DNA of 64,000 nucleotides from an uncultured Gemmatimonadaceae bacterium. GTDB taxonomy: Bacteria; Gemmatimonadota; Gemmatimonadetes; Gemmatimonadales; Gemmatimonadaceae. Of the stretch, positions 29,613-39,307 are shown piece after piece. The notes under the pieces are model-generated. The model was not told where the DNA came from. It made no database searches and saw nothing but the letters and a program-made list of their open reading frames with translations. Position numbers and translations under genes: made by a program. The stretch is from NCBI GenBank assembly GCA_963843845.1, contig CAWJMB010000002.1, positions 800,001-864,000 of the forward strand, written 5' to 3'. Numbering within the stretch: position 1 is the stretch's first letter; each line of letters begins with the position of its first letter.

Positions 29613-31025
29613 TCAGAGGTCGCGACCGATGAGCTGCTCGAGCTGCGCCCGCGCCGTGCGCGCCGAGAAGCGCGCCTGCACGAGCGACAGGCTGGCCTGC
29701 GTCAGCTGATTCTGTGAGGTCAGCACGTCGAGCACCGTCGACACGCCGAGCTGGTAGCGCTGCTGCTGTACGCGCAGATCTTCCTCGGCCGCCGTGACCG
29801 ACTGTTGCTGAAGCGCGATCTGCGCCTGCGCGTTCCGGAGCGCCGTGATCGCCTGCACGAGCGACTGCTGCGCCGCGAGCTGCTGATCCTTGAGCGCCGC
29901 CTCGGCGTTCGCCTGCGCGATGCCGGCGTTCACGAGATTGCTCTGCCGCGCCAGTCGGTCGTAGAGCGGAAGGCTGAGCCGGAGCCCGAGGCTGCCGGTC
30001 GTCGTGTAGTTCGGCCCGAACGGGTCGAGATTGTTCGCCGACGAGCCGACGTTGCGCCCGTAGGTCAGCGCGACGGTCGGGTAGAACCCCGCCTTCGACG
30101 AGCGGTAGGCGTAGCGCGCCGCCGTGAGGTCCGCTTCCGCGGCGCGGATCGTCGGGTTCTCCAGCGCGATCGCGGCGAGGGCGCTGCTGTCGGCCGAGAA
30201 TGCCGAGTCGGCGGGCAGGCCGCTCGGCATCGCGCTGACCGGCGTCGACGAGCCGATGACGCGCGTCAGCGCCGCGTCGGCCGTCGCCCGCTGGTTCTGT
30301 GCGTTCAGCAGGGCGAGCCGCGCCTGACTGACGGCGATGGCGCCGCGCAGCGAATCGGAACGCGTCGCCGTCTGCGCGAGGACCTTCGCGACCGAGAGGG
30401 CGAGCTGCTGCTGCGCCTGCGCGAGCTGCGCCTGCGTCGCCAGCTCCGCCTCGCGCGCGGCGAGCGCCGCGTAGTACTGCTGCTTGACGTTGAACGCGAG
30501 CGTCGCGTTCGTCGACGCCACGCCGGTCTCGGCCGCCGACTGCTCGGCGCGGCTCGCCCGCAGGTCGTTGATGCGGCGGAAGCCGTCGAACAGCTCGACG
30601 CTCGCCGAGACGCTCGCCGCGTTCTGATACCGATTACTGGTCAGCTCGCCGGTGATCGTGTTGAGCCGCGTCGCGACGTTGCTCTGGCGCGTGAGGTTCG
30701 TGCTGAACTGGACCGTCGGAATGAACTGCGCGTAGGCCGCGCGGACGGCGGTGCGGCTGCCGCGAACCTGCCCCTGCGCCTGGATCGCCGACGGCGCGTT
30801 GCGCTGCGCGGTCTCGATCGCACTGGCGAGCGTGATCGGCGTCCCGATATTGGTGTCGGATGCGACCGGGCCGTTCAGCGGCGCGGCGATCGGCGCGCCG
30901 GCGGGCGGCACCCCAGGGATCGGCGCCGGAATCTGCGCCGCCACCACGGCCGGAGCGGCCGCGACGAGCGCGAGAGCAACTGCATGTCGACCGCAGCGCG
31001 CGGCCGGCAGAGCGAACGATGGCAT
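29613..31025 (-). CDS. TolC-family outer membrane efflux protein
   Basis: Signal peptide, ITLASAIETAQ, LFDG, RYQLGVSTVLDVL. Confidence 0.88.
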   Translation of the reverse strand: MPSFALPAARCGRHAVALALVAAAPAVVAAQIPAPIPGVPPAGAPIAAPLNGPVASDTNIGTPITLASAIETAQRNAPSAIQAQGQVRGSRTAVRAAYAQFIPTVQFSTNLTRQSNVATRLNTITGELTSNRYQNAASVSASVELFDGFRRINDLRASRAEQSAAETGVASTNATLAFNVKQQYYAALAAREAELATQAQLAQAQQQLALSVAKVLAQTATRSDSLRGAIAVSQARLALLNAQNQRATADAALTRVIGSSTPVSAMPSGLPADSAFSADSSALAAIALENPTIRAAEADLTAARYAYRSSKAGFYPTVALTYGRNVGSSANNLDPFGPNYTTTGSLGLRLSLPLYDRLARQSNLVNAGIAQANAEAALKDQQLAAQQSLVQAITALRNAQAQIALQQQSVTAAEEDLRVQQQRYQLGVSTVLDVLTSQNQLTQASLSLVQARFSARTARAQLEQLIGRDL

Positions 31026-31467
31026 GTGAGGTTGGAACGAGGACCAGGAGCGTGTCGCGATAGAAACGCGCTCGCGCCGGGTTTCGTTAAAGCGCCGGCA
31101 GCGCGCGGAGGCGCGTGGCGAGGTCACGACCGCGACGGCGAAACCGGCACGGCGCGGTGAGATCGGTCACGGCTCAGCGGCGTGCGGTCGTGCAACGTTC
31201 ACGCGCCCGCCGGGTAGGACGAGGCGCAAGATGCCGCCGGATGGGGCTGCAACCGAGTCGGAGCTGCGCATCACACGACCCGCCACTGCAGTCGTAAGGG
31301 CGTACCTGCCGCGAGGATCGTCCCCGTGACGTCGACCTCGTGGCCGACAGACGGCACTCCAGACCGGTCCGTACCCCTCGCCATCCGGCGAACCGCAGCG
31401 CCCGCGAAGCGTGAGACGCTTCGCGGGCGCTGCGTCGTCCGACGCCACTGGCGCTACGTTCCGGCCG

Positions 31468-31923
31468 ATGTCTGCGGAGCCGCTCCCCTTCGAGATCCGG
31501 TCATCGCCCCTGCAGGGCGTCGGCGCGTTCGCCACGCAGCCGATTCCGGCCGGCACGCGCCTCGTCGAGTACGCCGGCGAGCGGCTGACCCCTGCCGAGG
31601 CGGACGCACGCTATCCGGACGTGCCGGGGGAGCGGCATCACACCTTTCTGTTCGCGATCGACGACGAGGTCGTGATCGACGCGGCGGTCGGGGGAAATGC
31701 GGCGCGATTCATCAACCACAGCTGCGACCCGAACTGCGACGCCGTGATCGACGACGGGCGCATCTGGATCGAGACGATCCGCGACGTCACGCCGGGGGAG
31801 GAGCTGGCGTACGACTACGCGTACGTGCTCGAGGAGCGGCACACCCCGGCCGCGAAACGACGCTTTCCCTGTTCGTGCGGCGCCGCGACGTGTCGCGGCA
31901 CCATCCTCGCCAAGAAACGCTGA
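31468..31923 (+). CDS. SET-domain protein-lysine methyltransferase with post-SET Cys cluster
   Basis: G.GAFA, ARFINHSCDPN, GEELAYDY, CSCGAATCRG. Confidence 0.92.
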   Translation: MSAEPLPFEIRSSPLQGVGAFATQPIPAGTRLVEYAGERLTPAEADARYPDVPGERHHTFLFAIDDEVVIDAAVGGNAARFINHSCDPNCDAVIDDGRIWIETIRDVTPGEELAYDYAYVLEERHTPAAKRRFPCSCGAATCRGTILAKKR

Positions 31924-31932
31924 GTCGCCGGA

Positions 31933-32145
31933 TCAGCGCGCCGAGCGCCCCGCGAGCTGCGGCGTCACGACGCTGAGCACCGATGCGGCCGCCGCGCGGT
32001 CGTCGGCGGTGAACGGATCGTCGCCGTTCGCGACCCGGTGCGAGGCGATGACTTCGTCGCACACGTCGCGCAGGCGCAGTCGGGTGCGCCGCGGCGTCGT
32101 CTCGGTGCGGGAATCGTTGCGGCGGTCGTCGAGCGAGAACGTCAT
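31933..32145 (-). CDS. Small hypothetical protein (70 aa)
   Basis: ATG preceded by a candidate sigma54 promoter; amphipathic helix RLRDVCDEVIASHRVA; fills the gap between genes. Confidence 0.55.
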   Translation of the reverse strand: MTFSLDDRRNDSRTETTPRRTRLRLRDVCDEVIASHRVANGDDPFTADDRAAAASVLSVVTPQLAGRSAR

Positions 32146-32198
32146 GGTGCGGATTCCGGTCAGGGTCGTATGGATGACCTCGGTCTGGCGTGCCGGAG

Positions 32199-32214
32199 TG
32201 CACGCTGCGTGCCG
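32199..32214 (-). promoter_or_regulatory. Candidate sigma54 promoter CGGCACG-N4-GTGCA
   Basis: GG-N10-GC spacing with a GGCACG core, about 55 nt upstream of the small ORF. Confidence 0.4.
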
Positions 32215-32323
32215 AACCGATTCCCTCGACGATCGACGCGACGAGACGTGGCCCACATTTCGCCTTGGAACGCGGTCACTCGATGTCCGATTCGACGCAG
32301 TCTCGCCGTCCGCCACGCCGACC

Positions 32324-34075
32324 ATGCCGCCGCTCCGCCGCCTCGCTCGACCGCTCGCCCTCGCTGCCGTCGTTGCGCTCGGGACCTTCGTGGCCTGCGA
32401 CCGGGCGAAGCCACGGCGCGTCGCCGCTCGCTCGCTGCAGACGATCGAGTCGGGGGGCGACGTCAGCGCGAGCTGGAATCCCCAGGGGGTGACCGACGTC
32501 GCGGGCATCGATTCCGCCTCGTTGCACTCCGCGATCGGCGCGCGCGTCGCGGCGGGAGCGCCGGCCGGGATCGACGCGGACCACTGGGCCCACGTCACCC
32601 GCATCTACCGGCACTACGGCAACGCGCCGCTCTGGCTCGACGGCGACGGGCTGATCGCGAATCGTGTGCAGGCGATGACGGACGCGCTGCTCGCCGCCGA
32701 CAGCGACGCGCTCGACGTCAGCCACTATCCGTTCGCCGACGTCGCGCAGGCGCTCCGCGACGTGCGGGCGGGGGCCGGGCGCGTCTCCGCCGAGCAACTC
32801 GCGAACGCGGACGTGCTGCTCACCGGCGCCTACGCGTCGCTCGGCGAGGACATGCTCGTGGGGCAGACCAGTCCGAAGGCGGCGAAGCAGAGCTGGCACA
32901 TCGACCCGAGCGACGAGGCGATCGACGTGCAGCTCGTCTACGGGCTCGCGAACGACCGCCTCGACTCGGCGATCGCCGCGATGCGGCCGGCAAGTCCGTC
33001 GTACGACGGACTGCGCAAGGAGCTGGCGCGCTACCGGCGGCTCGCGGCGAACGGGGCGTGGGCCACGGTCCCGGCGGGCAAGGCGCTCAAGCCCGGCGAG
33101 CGCGACGCGCCGGCGAGGATCGAGGCGCTCCGTGCGCGCCTCACGGCGGAAGGGTACGCCGACGGCGCGCCCGACTCGACGGCGGCTCCTGGTGTCTACG
33201 ATCGCGGACTCGCCGGCGCCGTCGCGCAGTTCCAGGCGGCGCACGCGATCGGCGTCGACAGCATCCTCGGCGCGGGAACGATCGCGTCGCTGAACCTGCC
33301 GGTCACGTACCGCCTCGCGCAGATCGCCGCGAACCTCGAGCGGCTGCGCTGGATGCCGCGCGACCTCGGCGATCGCTACGTGCTCGTGAACGTGCCTGCG
33401 TTCACGCTCGAGGCGCACGACAGCGGCCAGACGGTGCTCGAGATGCGCGTCGTCGTCGGGCAGGACTACGAAGGGAAGACGACGCCCGCGTTCGCCGATT
33501 CGATGGAGACGGTCGTCTTCCGCCCGTACTGGAACGTCACCGACGACATCGCGGCGCAGGAGATCTGGCCCAAGGTGCAGAGCAACCCCGGCTATCTCGA
33601 GTCGCAGAACATGGAGACGTATCGCGACGGCAACGAGACGCGCATCCGCCAGCGCCCCGGCGACAAGAACTCGCTCGGCTACGTGAAGTTCCTCTTCCCG
33701 AACGACTTCAACATCTACCTGCACGACACCCCGGCGCGCGCGCTGTTCGACAAGGACGTTCGCGCGTTCAGCCACGGCTGCATCCGCGTGCAGAAGCCGG
33801 ACGAGCTGGCACAGTGGGCGCTCGGGTGGGACGCGGAGCGAGTGACGGAAGCGATGCGCGAGGGGCCGGACAACCGCAGCGTGAAGCTGCCGGCGAAGAT
33901 CCCGGTGTTCATCACGTATCTCACGGCGTACACCGACGCGGACGGGCGTCTGCGGTTCGGGAACGACCTGTACGACCGCGACGACGCGCTCGTCAGCGCG
34001 ATGCAGGCGTCGGTGCCGAGTGCGGCGGTGCAGCAGGCGGTGGAGACGCTGCGGTCGCTCGCGACGGGCGGTTGA
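32324..34075 (+). CDS. YcbB/LdtD-like murein L,D-transpeptidase (lipoprotein)
   Basis: PG-binding region, NLERLRWMP, VNVPAF, PYWNV, IYLHDTP...RAFSHGCIRV catalytic motif. Confidence 0.92.
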   Translation: MPPLRRLARPLALAAVVALGTFVACDRAKPRRVAARSLQTIESGGDVSASWNPQGVTDVAGIDSASLHSAIGARVAAGAPAGIDADHWAHVTRIYRHYGNAPLWLDGDGLIANRVQAMTDALLAADSDALDVSHYPFADVAQALRDVRAGAGRVSAEQLANADVLLTGAYASLGEDMLVGQTSPKAAKQSWHIDPSDEAIDVQLVYGLANDRLDSAIAAMRPASPSYDGLRKELARYRRLAANGAWATVPAGKALKPGERDAPARIEALRARLTAEGYADGAPDSTAAPGVYDRGLAGAVAQFQAAHAIGVDSILGAGTIASLNLPVTYRLAQIAANLERLRWMPRDLGDRYVLVNVPAFTLEAHDSGQTVLEMRVVVGQDYEGKTTPAFADSMETVVFRPYWNVTDDIAAQEIWPKVQSNPGYLESQNMETYRDGNETRIRQRPGDKNSLGYVKFLFPNDFNIYLHDTPARALFDKDVRAFSHGCIRVQKPDELAQWALGWDAERVTEAMREGPDNRSVKLPAKIPVFITYLTAYTDADGRLRFGNDLYDRDDALVSAMQASVPSAAVQQAVETLRSLATGG

Positions 34076-34193
34076 GCGCGCGGAGGGCGAAGATCCAGCC
34101 GTGCGGGCGGGAGGGAGGAGGAAGGGAATCGGCGGGCCGGTGTATACTTCCCGGCCCGCCGTTCCCGTTTCCTCACACGTCGTCGCGTCGCTC

Positions 34194-35333
34194 ATGTCGT
34201 CGAAGTCGCTCGTTCGTTCGTTCGTTCCGCTCGCCGCGCTCGCCGGCGCGGCTGCATTCACGGCCTGCGCGAGCGAAGGCACGCGGCAGAGCGTGTCCGC
34301 CGGTGAAGTCGCTCCAGCCGACGCGCGCGAGCAGCGCATCGACAGCGTGTCGCCGGCGCTGACTCCGGTCGTCGCCACGCCGGTCGCCACGCCGGTCGCC
34401 ACCGGGGTCGCGACGAACGACTCGGTGGCGCCGAAGCTCATCGCCGGCCGCAACAAGCACGACGAGAACTCGTTCGCGGCGGCCATCCGGCAGGGCACGA
34501 AGCGGCTCGCGACGTGGCCCGCGGGCCCGACGCCGGCGCCCGGCGCGCTGCTCCCGGGCAAGCGCATCATCGCGTACTACGGCAATCCCCATTCGAAGAA
34601 GATGGGGGTCATCGGCGAGTACCCGGAGCAGCAGATGCTGGGGATGCTCGACAAGACCGTGGCGCAGTGGAAGGCGGCCGACCCGTCGACGCCCGTCATG
34701 CCGGCGATTCACCTCGTGGCGGTCGTCGCGCAGGGCGACCCGGGGCCGGACGGCGGGTGGCGGCGGCGCGAGACGCCGCAGATGATCGAGAAGACCTATG
34801 GCTGGGCGAAGAGCCGCAACGGCGTGCTGTTCCTCGACATCCAGGCGTCGCACAGCACGCTCCAGAAGGAGCTGCCGCTGCTCCTCAAGTACCTCGAGCG
34901 CCCCGACGTGCACCTCGGCATCGACCCCGAGTTCTACATGCACTACAAGCGCGAAGGAGTGCGGCCGAGCGCGAAGGTGGGGCAGATGATGGCGAGCGAC
35001 GTGAACTACGCGATCCAGACGCTCGACCGCCTCGTCACCGAGAAGAAGATCCCGCCGAAGGTGCTCGTCGTGCACCGCTTCCGCACGGACATGACGCCCG
35101 ACTACCAGAACATCCGGCCGACGAAGAACGTGCAGGTCGTGATGCACATGGACGGCTGGGGCCCGCCGTGGCTCAAGTTCGACTCGTATCATCACTACGT
35201 CGTGAACGAGCCGGTCCAGTTCACCGGGATGAAGATCTTCTACCACAACGACACGAAGAAAGGCGACGCGCTGCTCACGCCGAAGGAGGTGTTGCAGCTC
35301 AAGCCGCGCCCGCTCTACATCCAGTATCAGTGA
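34194..35333 (+). CDS. Conserved lipoprotein of unknown function
   Basis: Lipobox FTAC; strongly biased codons; AYYGNP..KMG, HLGIDPEF, MDGWG motifs. Confidence 0.8.
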   Translation: MSSKSLVRSFVPLAALAGAAAFTACASEGTRQSVSAGEVAPADAREQRIDSVSPALTPVVATPVATPVATGVATNDSVAPKLIAGRNKHDENSFAAAIRQGTKRLATWPAGPTPAPGALLPGKRIIAYYGNPHSKKMGVIGEYPEQQMLGMLDKTVAQWKAADPSTPVMPAIHLVAVVAQGDPGPDGGWRRRETPQMIEKTYGWAKSRNGVLFLDIQASHSTLQKELPLLLKYLERPDVHLGIDPEFYMHYKREGVRPSAKVGQMMASDVNYAIQTLDRLVTEKKIPPKVLVVHRFRTDMTPDYQNIRPTKNVQVVMHMDGWGPPWLKFDSYHHYVVNEPVQFTGMKIFYHNDTKKGDALLTPKEVLQLKPRPLYIQYQ

Positions 35334-36271
35334 CCGACCCCGGCGGGTCGTCGATCGACCGCGCGATCGGCCGCACCCCTGTCGTGCGCCTGTCGCGCGT
35401 CGTCGAGCCCGGGATGGCCGAGCTGTGGGTGAAGGTCGAGGGGGTGAACCCGGGCGGCTCGATCAAGGACCGCACCGCGTTAGGCATGATCACCGACGCC
35501 GAGGCGCGCGGGCTGTTGAAGCCCGGCGGCACGATCGTCGAGCCGACGTCGGGGAACACGGGCATCGGCCTCGCGCAGGTCGCCTCGGCGCGCGGCTACC
35601 GGCTCATCCTCTGCCTCCCGGCGCAGATGAGCGAGGAGCGCAAGCGCACGCTCCGCGCGTACGGCGCGGAGCTCGTGCTGACCGACCCCGAGCGGCGCAT
35701 GCTCGCGGCGATCGAGGAGGCCGAGCGCATCCGCGACACGACGGGGGCGTGGATGCCGAACCAGTTCGCCAACCCGGCGAACCCGCGCGTGCACTACGAG
35801 ACGACGGGGCCGGAGCTGTGGGAGCAGATGGACGGCCGCGTCGACGCGTTCGTCTACGGCTCGGGGACGGGGGGGACGATCGCCGGCGTCGGGCGCTTCC
35901 TGAAGGAGCGGGTGCCGAACGTGCTCGTCGTCGCCGTCGAGCCGGGACGCTCGCCGGTCCTGTCGGGTGGGCAGCGCGGCCAGCACCAGTTCCAGGGAAT
36001 GGGGCCGGGCTTCGTGCCGCCGAACTTCGACTGGAGCGTCGTCGACCGCGTGGTGCAGGCGTGGGAGGAAGACGCGTTCCCGATCGCGCGGCGGCTCGCG
36101 CGCGAAGAAGGGCTGTTCGTCGGGATGTCGACCGGCGCGATCACGTGGGCCGCGTTGGGCGTCGCGCGCGAACTCGGCGCAGGGAAGCGGGTCGTGATGA
36201 TCGCGCCGGATTCAGGGGCGCGGTATCTCTCGACGACGCTGTTCACCGTCGAGGACGACCCGCCGATCTGA
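35330..36271 (+). CDS. cysK: Cysteine synthase A (PLP-dependent)
   Basis: IGRTPVVRL, NPGGSIKDR (PLP Lys), EPTSGNTGIGLA, GTGGT, PDSGARYLST. GTGA overlap with the upstream stop. Confidence 0.92.
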   Translation: MTDPGGSSIDRAIGRTPVVRLSRVVEPGMAELWVKVEGVNPGGSIKDRTALGMITDAEARGLLKPGGTIVEPTSGNTGIGLAQVASARGYRLILCLPAQMSEERKRTLRAYGAELVLTDPERRMLAAIEEAERIRDTTGAWMPNQFANPANPRVHYETTGPELWEQMDGRVDAFVYGSGTGGTIAGVGRFLKERVPNVLVVAVEPGRSPVLSGGQRGQHQFQGMGPGFVPPNFDWSVVDRVVQAWEEDAFPIARRLAREEGLFVGMSTGAITWAALGVARELGAGKRVVMIAPDSGARYLSTTLFTVEDDPPI

Positions 36272-36300
36272 GCGCGGCGGGTCGTCCTCGACGCCGACCG

Positions 36301-36924
36301 TCAGGCGCCGCGTCGGCGACGCAGAGCGCCCAGCGCGAGGAGACCGCTCGCCATGAGGGCGAGCGTGGCCGGCTCGGGAGCGGCAGTGACCCCGATGGGT
36401 CCGACGTTCAGGTCATCGAGAAAGAGCAGCGAACTGCCGTTCGGCGTGCTCGCGCGGAAGCCGACCTGGTCGACGTTCCCGAAGCCGGCGCCGAGCGTCG
36501 TGAGCACCGGTGTGGTCGTGAGCGTCAGCAGTTGCGTGGCGACCTCGACACCGCCCAGCCGCCCGACGATGAACACGCTCGTCGAGCCGACGTTGATGCC
36601 CGGGCCGGTCACGCCGGCGACGGGGAGGACGGCCATCTGGCTGAAGGCGCCACTCAGCAACGAGAACGACCCGCCACCGGTGCGTGAGATCGTCGATGCG
36701 GCGCCTCGCGTGAACGCGAACCTGGTTCCCGACGCGTTTCCGGTCCCGAATCGCGTATCGAGCGAGAGGAACAGGTCGAACGTCAGCGGGCCGGCAGTGG
36801 TGAAGAACTCGTAGTTGCCGCTCGTCGACTCGAAATCGACGGCCTGCGCGTGTGCGCGGCGGGCGGGGGTCGCGACGAGCGCGAGCAGGGTGAGCGAAGC
36901 GACGGTACGAACGCGAAGCGACAT
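36301..36924 (-). CDS. PEP-CTERM sorting domain protein
   Basis: Signal peptide AHA|Q; C-terminus APEPATLALMASGLLALGALRRRR. Confidence 0.9.
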   Translation of the reverse strand: MSLRVRTVASLTLLALVATPARRAHAQAVDFESTSGNYEFFTTAGPLTFDLFLSLDTRFGTGNASGTRFAFTRGAASTISRTGGGSFSLLSGAFSQMAVLPVAGVTGPGINVGSTSVFIVGRLGGVEVATQLLTLTTTPVLTTLGAGFGNVDQVGFRASTPNGSSLLFLDDLNVGPIGVTAAPEPATLALMASGLLALGALRRRRGA

Positions 36925-37133
36925 CGGCGGCGGGATCGGAGGGAAAGCGAGCGGGCAGTGCTCGGAGGACGGGTCGAGATCGTCGCAGGGGCGAATTTCG
37001 CTCCATCACAGCGGCGAGCTCGTCTGCACCGCCGGCGCGGTGACACACGTTAACGCACGAGATGCCGGACGGATACGTCTTCGTGGCCTCGTCGTGCGCC
37101 GCGCGCAGAGCGCCGGCCACCCCGGGACCGGGG

Positions 37134-38096
37134 TCAGTTCCCCGCGTTCGCGTACTGCTCCGACGGCGACGGCACCGCAGAGACGTTCACGTCGATCGGG
37201 AGGCGCACGCCGTTGTGGCTCTCGACGACGTCGAGCCGCCCCTGCCAGACGTCGGCGAACGCATGCCCGACGTCGGTCGGCCCCTTGTCGGTCGAGAAGT
37301 TGCGCCCGCTGGCGACCCAGACCGTCGGGCGCTCCGGGCTCTCGAATGCGGCGAACACGTCGACGAGGTCGTCGTGCACGCGGGCGGCGTTGTGCGCGTG
37401 CACGTAGACGCCGGGGCGGTAGCGGCCGTCGGCGAGCACGCGGGCGGTCCACTCGCGGTAGTAGGCGCGCATCGCCTCGGGCATGCGCTCCATCCGCTCG
37501 ATGTCGAGGAAGATCACCGTGCCGTGCGCGAAGCCCTCCGCCGCCGCCCTCGCCACCGCGTCCGTTCCGTCCCGCCGCCCGCGCGGCGCGCTGACGAAGT
37601 GGGCATTGCACGACGCTCCCCGGCGCGTCGCCGAGGCCGCCGCCTTGCTCGTCGGGCTCGGCGTGCGTCCCCACGTCTGCTGGCCGACGTAGATGACGGC
37701 CATCCCCCACCCCATCCCCTGCAGCCGCTCGCGCGTCCCGGCCCACGAGCCGTCGCGGTGGCAGGGCGCGGGCAGATAGTAGCCGACCCAGCGATAGCGA
37801 CCGGCGTCCTTCCACGCTCGCATCGCGCGGTCGCCCGGATACACGTTCGTGTCGAAGCCGAGGTGCGTCGCGGTCGTGACGGCGGCGAGGTCGAGCGGAA
37901 GCTCGGCCGCGCGCGCGGCGGCATCGGCGACGGCGCTCGGGAGGACAGCCGGCTCGAGCCGCCAGAGGTGTGGCAGGGCGAGCAGTGCCCCCGCACCGAG
38001 GCACGCCGCGCGCGCGGCTGGGCGCCACCGATGGCCACGCGCGGCGAGGCGCGCAGCGATCGAGCGGTGAACGGAGTGATGCAGGTCACGAAGCAT
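37134..38096 (-). CDS. DUF1906 / Rv2525c-like glycoside hydrolase domain protein
   Basis: GFDT..YPG, WVGYYL, IYVGQQ, IFLDIE, PGVY, IDVN. Start uncertain. Confidence 0.75.
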   Translation of the reverse strand: MLRDLHHSVHRSIAARLAARGHRWRPAARAACLGAGALLALPHLWRLEPAVLPSAVADAAARAAELPLDLAAVTTATHLGFDTNVYPGDRAMRAWKDAGRYRWVGYYLPAPCHRDGSWAGTRERLQGMGWGMAVIYVGQQTWGRTPSPTSKAAASATRRGASCNAHFVSAPRGRRDGTDAVARAAAEGFAHGTVIFLDIERMERMPEAMRAYYREWTARVLADGRYRPGVYVHAHNAARVHDDLVDVFAAFESPERPTVWVASGRNFSTDKGPTDVGHAFADVWQGRLDVVESHNGVRLPIDVNVSAVPSPSEQYANAGN

Positions 38097-38317
38097 GTGA
38101 TGTCAATGCTACGCGTCCCGGCGACTCGGGGTCCTGGCCGTGCGCGCGAGTTTCCTGAGGCGCTGACTGCGCGATCAGGCCTTCCGGCGCCGAACGGGCA
38201 CGCGACGTTCATCGCCGCACCGCATCCGCGGTCTCGGCCGCCCGCCGCGTACGGCTCTTGCACTTCCCCGCGCCTGATCTACCGAGGATGCACCGATCCA
38301 TTTTGGGAGGCCAGACC

Positions 38318-38938
38318 ATGCAGTCCGTGACCCGTTACCGCTCTACCCTGCTTCTCGGCGCCGCGCTCGCGCTCGGCGCATGCTCGAAAGCCGATTCGAC
38401 GGCCGACTCGGCGGCGGCCGTGGCCGCCTCGGATTCGATGGCGATGATGAAGAACGACTCGACGGCCATGGGGGCCGGCGCGATGAGCGCCGCCAACATC
38501 GCGGCGGCGGTCGGCATGACGAACATGAACGAGATCAACGCCGGCAAGCTGGCCCAGGACAAGGCCACCAACGCCGACGTGAAGGCGTTCGCGAAGCAGA
38601 TGGTCGACGAGCACCAGATGATGCAGTCGCAGCTCGACTCGCTCTCGCAGGCGAAGGGGATCGTGCCGCAGCCGCCGCAGCCGATGGCGGAGGAGATGAC
38701 GAAGATGGCCGATCAGACGACGACGATGCTGAACGAAAAGGCGAAGGGCGCCGAGTACGACCGCGCGTACATCGAGTCGCAGGTGGCCGGTCACCAGAAG
38801 GCCGTGAACGACCTCCAGGCCTTCTCGAACTCGGCGACGGATCCGGACCTCAAGGCGCTGATCGACGCCGCGATCCCGAAGGTGCAGGGGCACCTCGACA
38901 AGGCGCAGCAGATCCAGGCGTCGCTCGCGAAGATGTGA
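38318..38938 (+). CDS. DUF4142 (ferritin-like) lipoprotein
   Basis: Lipobox LGAC, EINAGKLA, VKAFAKQMVDEH, YDRAYIESQVAGH, P.VQGHL. Confidence 0.85.
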   Translation: MQSVTRYRSTLLLGAALALGACSKADSTADSAAAVAASDSMAMMKNDSTAMGAGAMSAANIAAAVGMTNMNEINAGKLAQDKATNADVKAFAKQMVDEHQMMQSQLDSLSQAKGIVPQPPQPMAEEMTKMADQTTTMLNEKAKGAEYDRAYIESQVAGHQKAVNDLQAFSNSATDPDLKALIDAAIPKVQGHLDKAQQIQASLAKM

Positions 38939-39192
38939 TGCGTCGCCTTTCTCTTCAGTTCGCCGTGGCGGCGAGCGCGGCGCTCGCCGCGCTCGCCTGC
39001 ACGCCCGAGCCGAACTCGACGCCGCCGGCGGCGAACGACACGGCTGCGGCGCCGGCGACACAGCAGTCGCTCAGCCCGAATCCGAGCATGGGGGACAGCA
39101 CGAGCGGGATGTCCGGACGGACAGGACAGCCGGGAGTGGCTGGTGACACGATGGGTGCGCGCGGCAAGGCGGCAGGAGTCCCGCGGCCGTAG
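38938..39192 (+). CDS. Small low-complexity lipoprotein
   Basis: TGATG coupling to the upstream stop; lipobox ALAC. Confidence 0.7.
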   Translation: MRRLSLQFAVAASAALAALACTPEPNSTPPAANDTAAAPATQQSLSPNPSMGDSTSGMSGRTGQPGVAGDTMGARGKAAGVPRP

Positions 39193-39307
39193 GCAGCCGG
39201 GGTGATGGCCGGACGGCGGGGCGCATGGCGGTGGGGTGAGCAGCGTTTCCTCTCGACGTCGCGTTAATGGAGCGGTCCCTCGCACCATCGACCCCGTCCC
39301 CGCCGTC

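Noticed and set aside
31026..31467. Cobalamin riboswitch suggested by GCCACTG in a long intergenic region
   Set aside because: The other conserved elements (GGGAA, B12 box) were not found, and the flanking genes are unrelated to B12.
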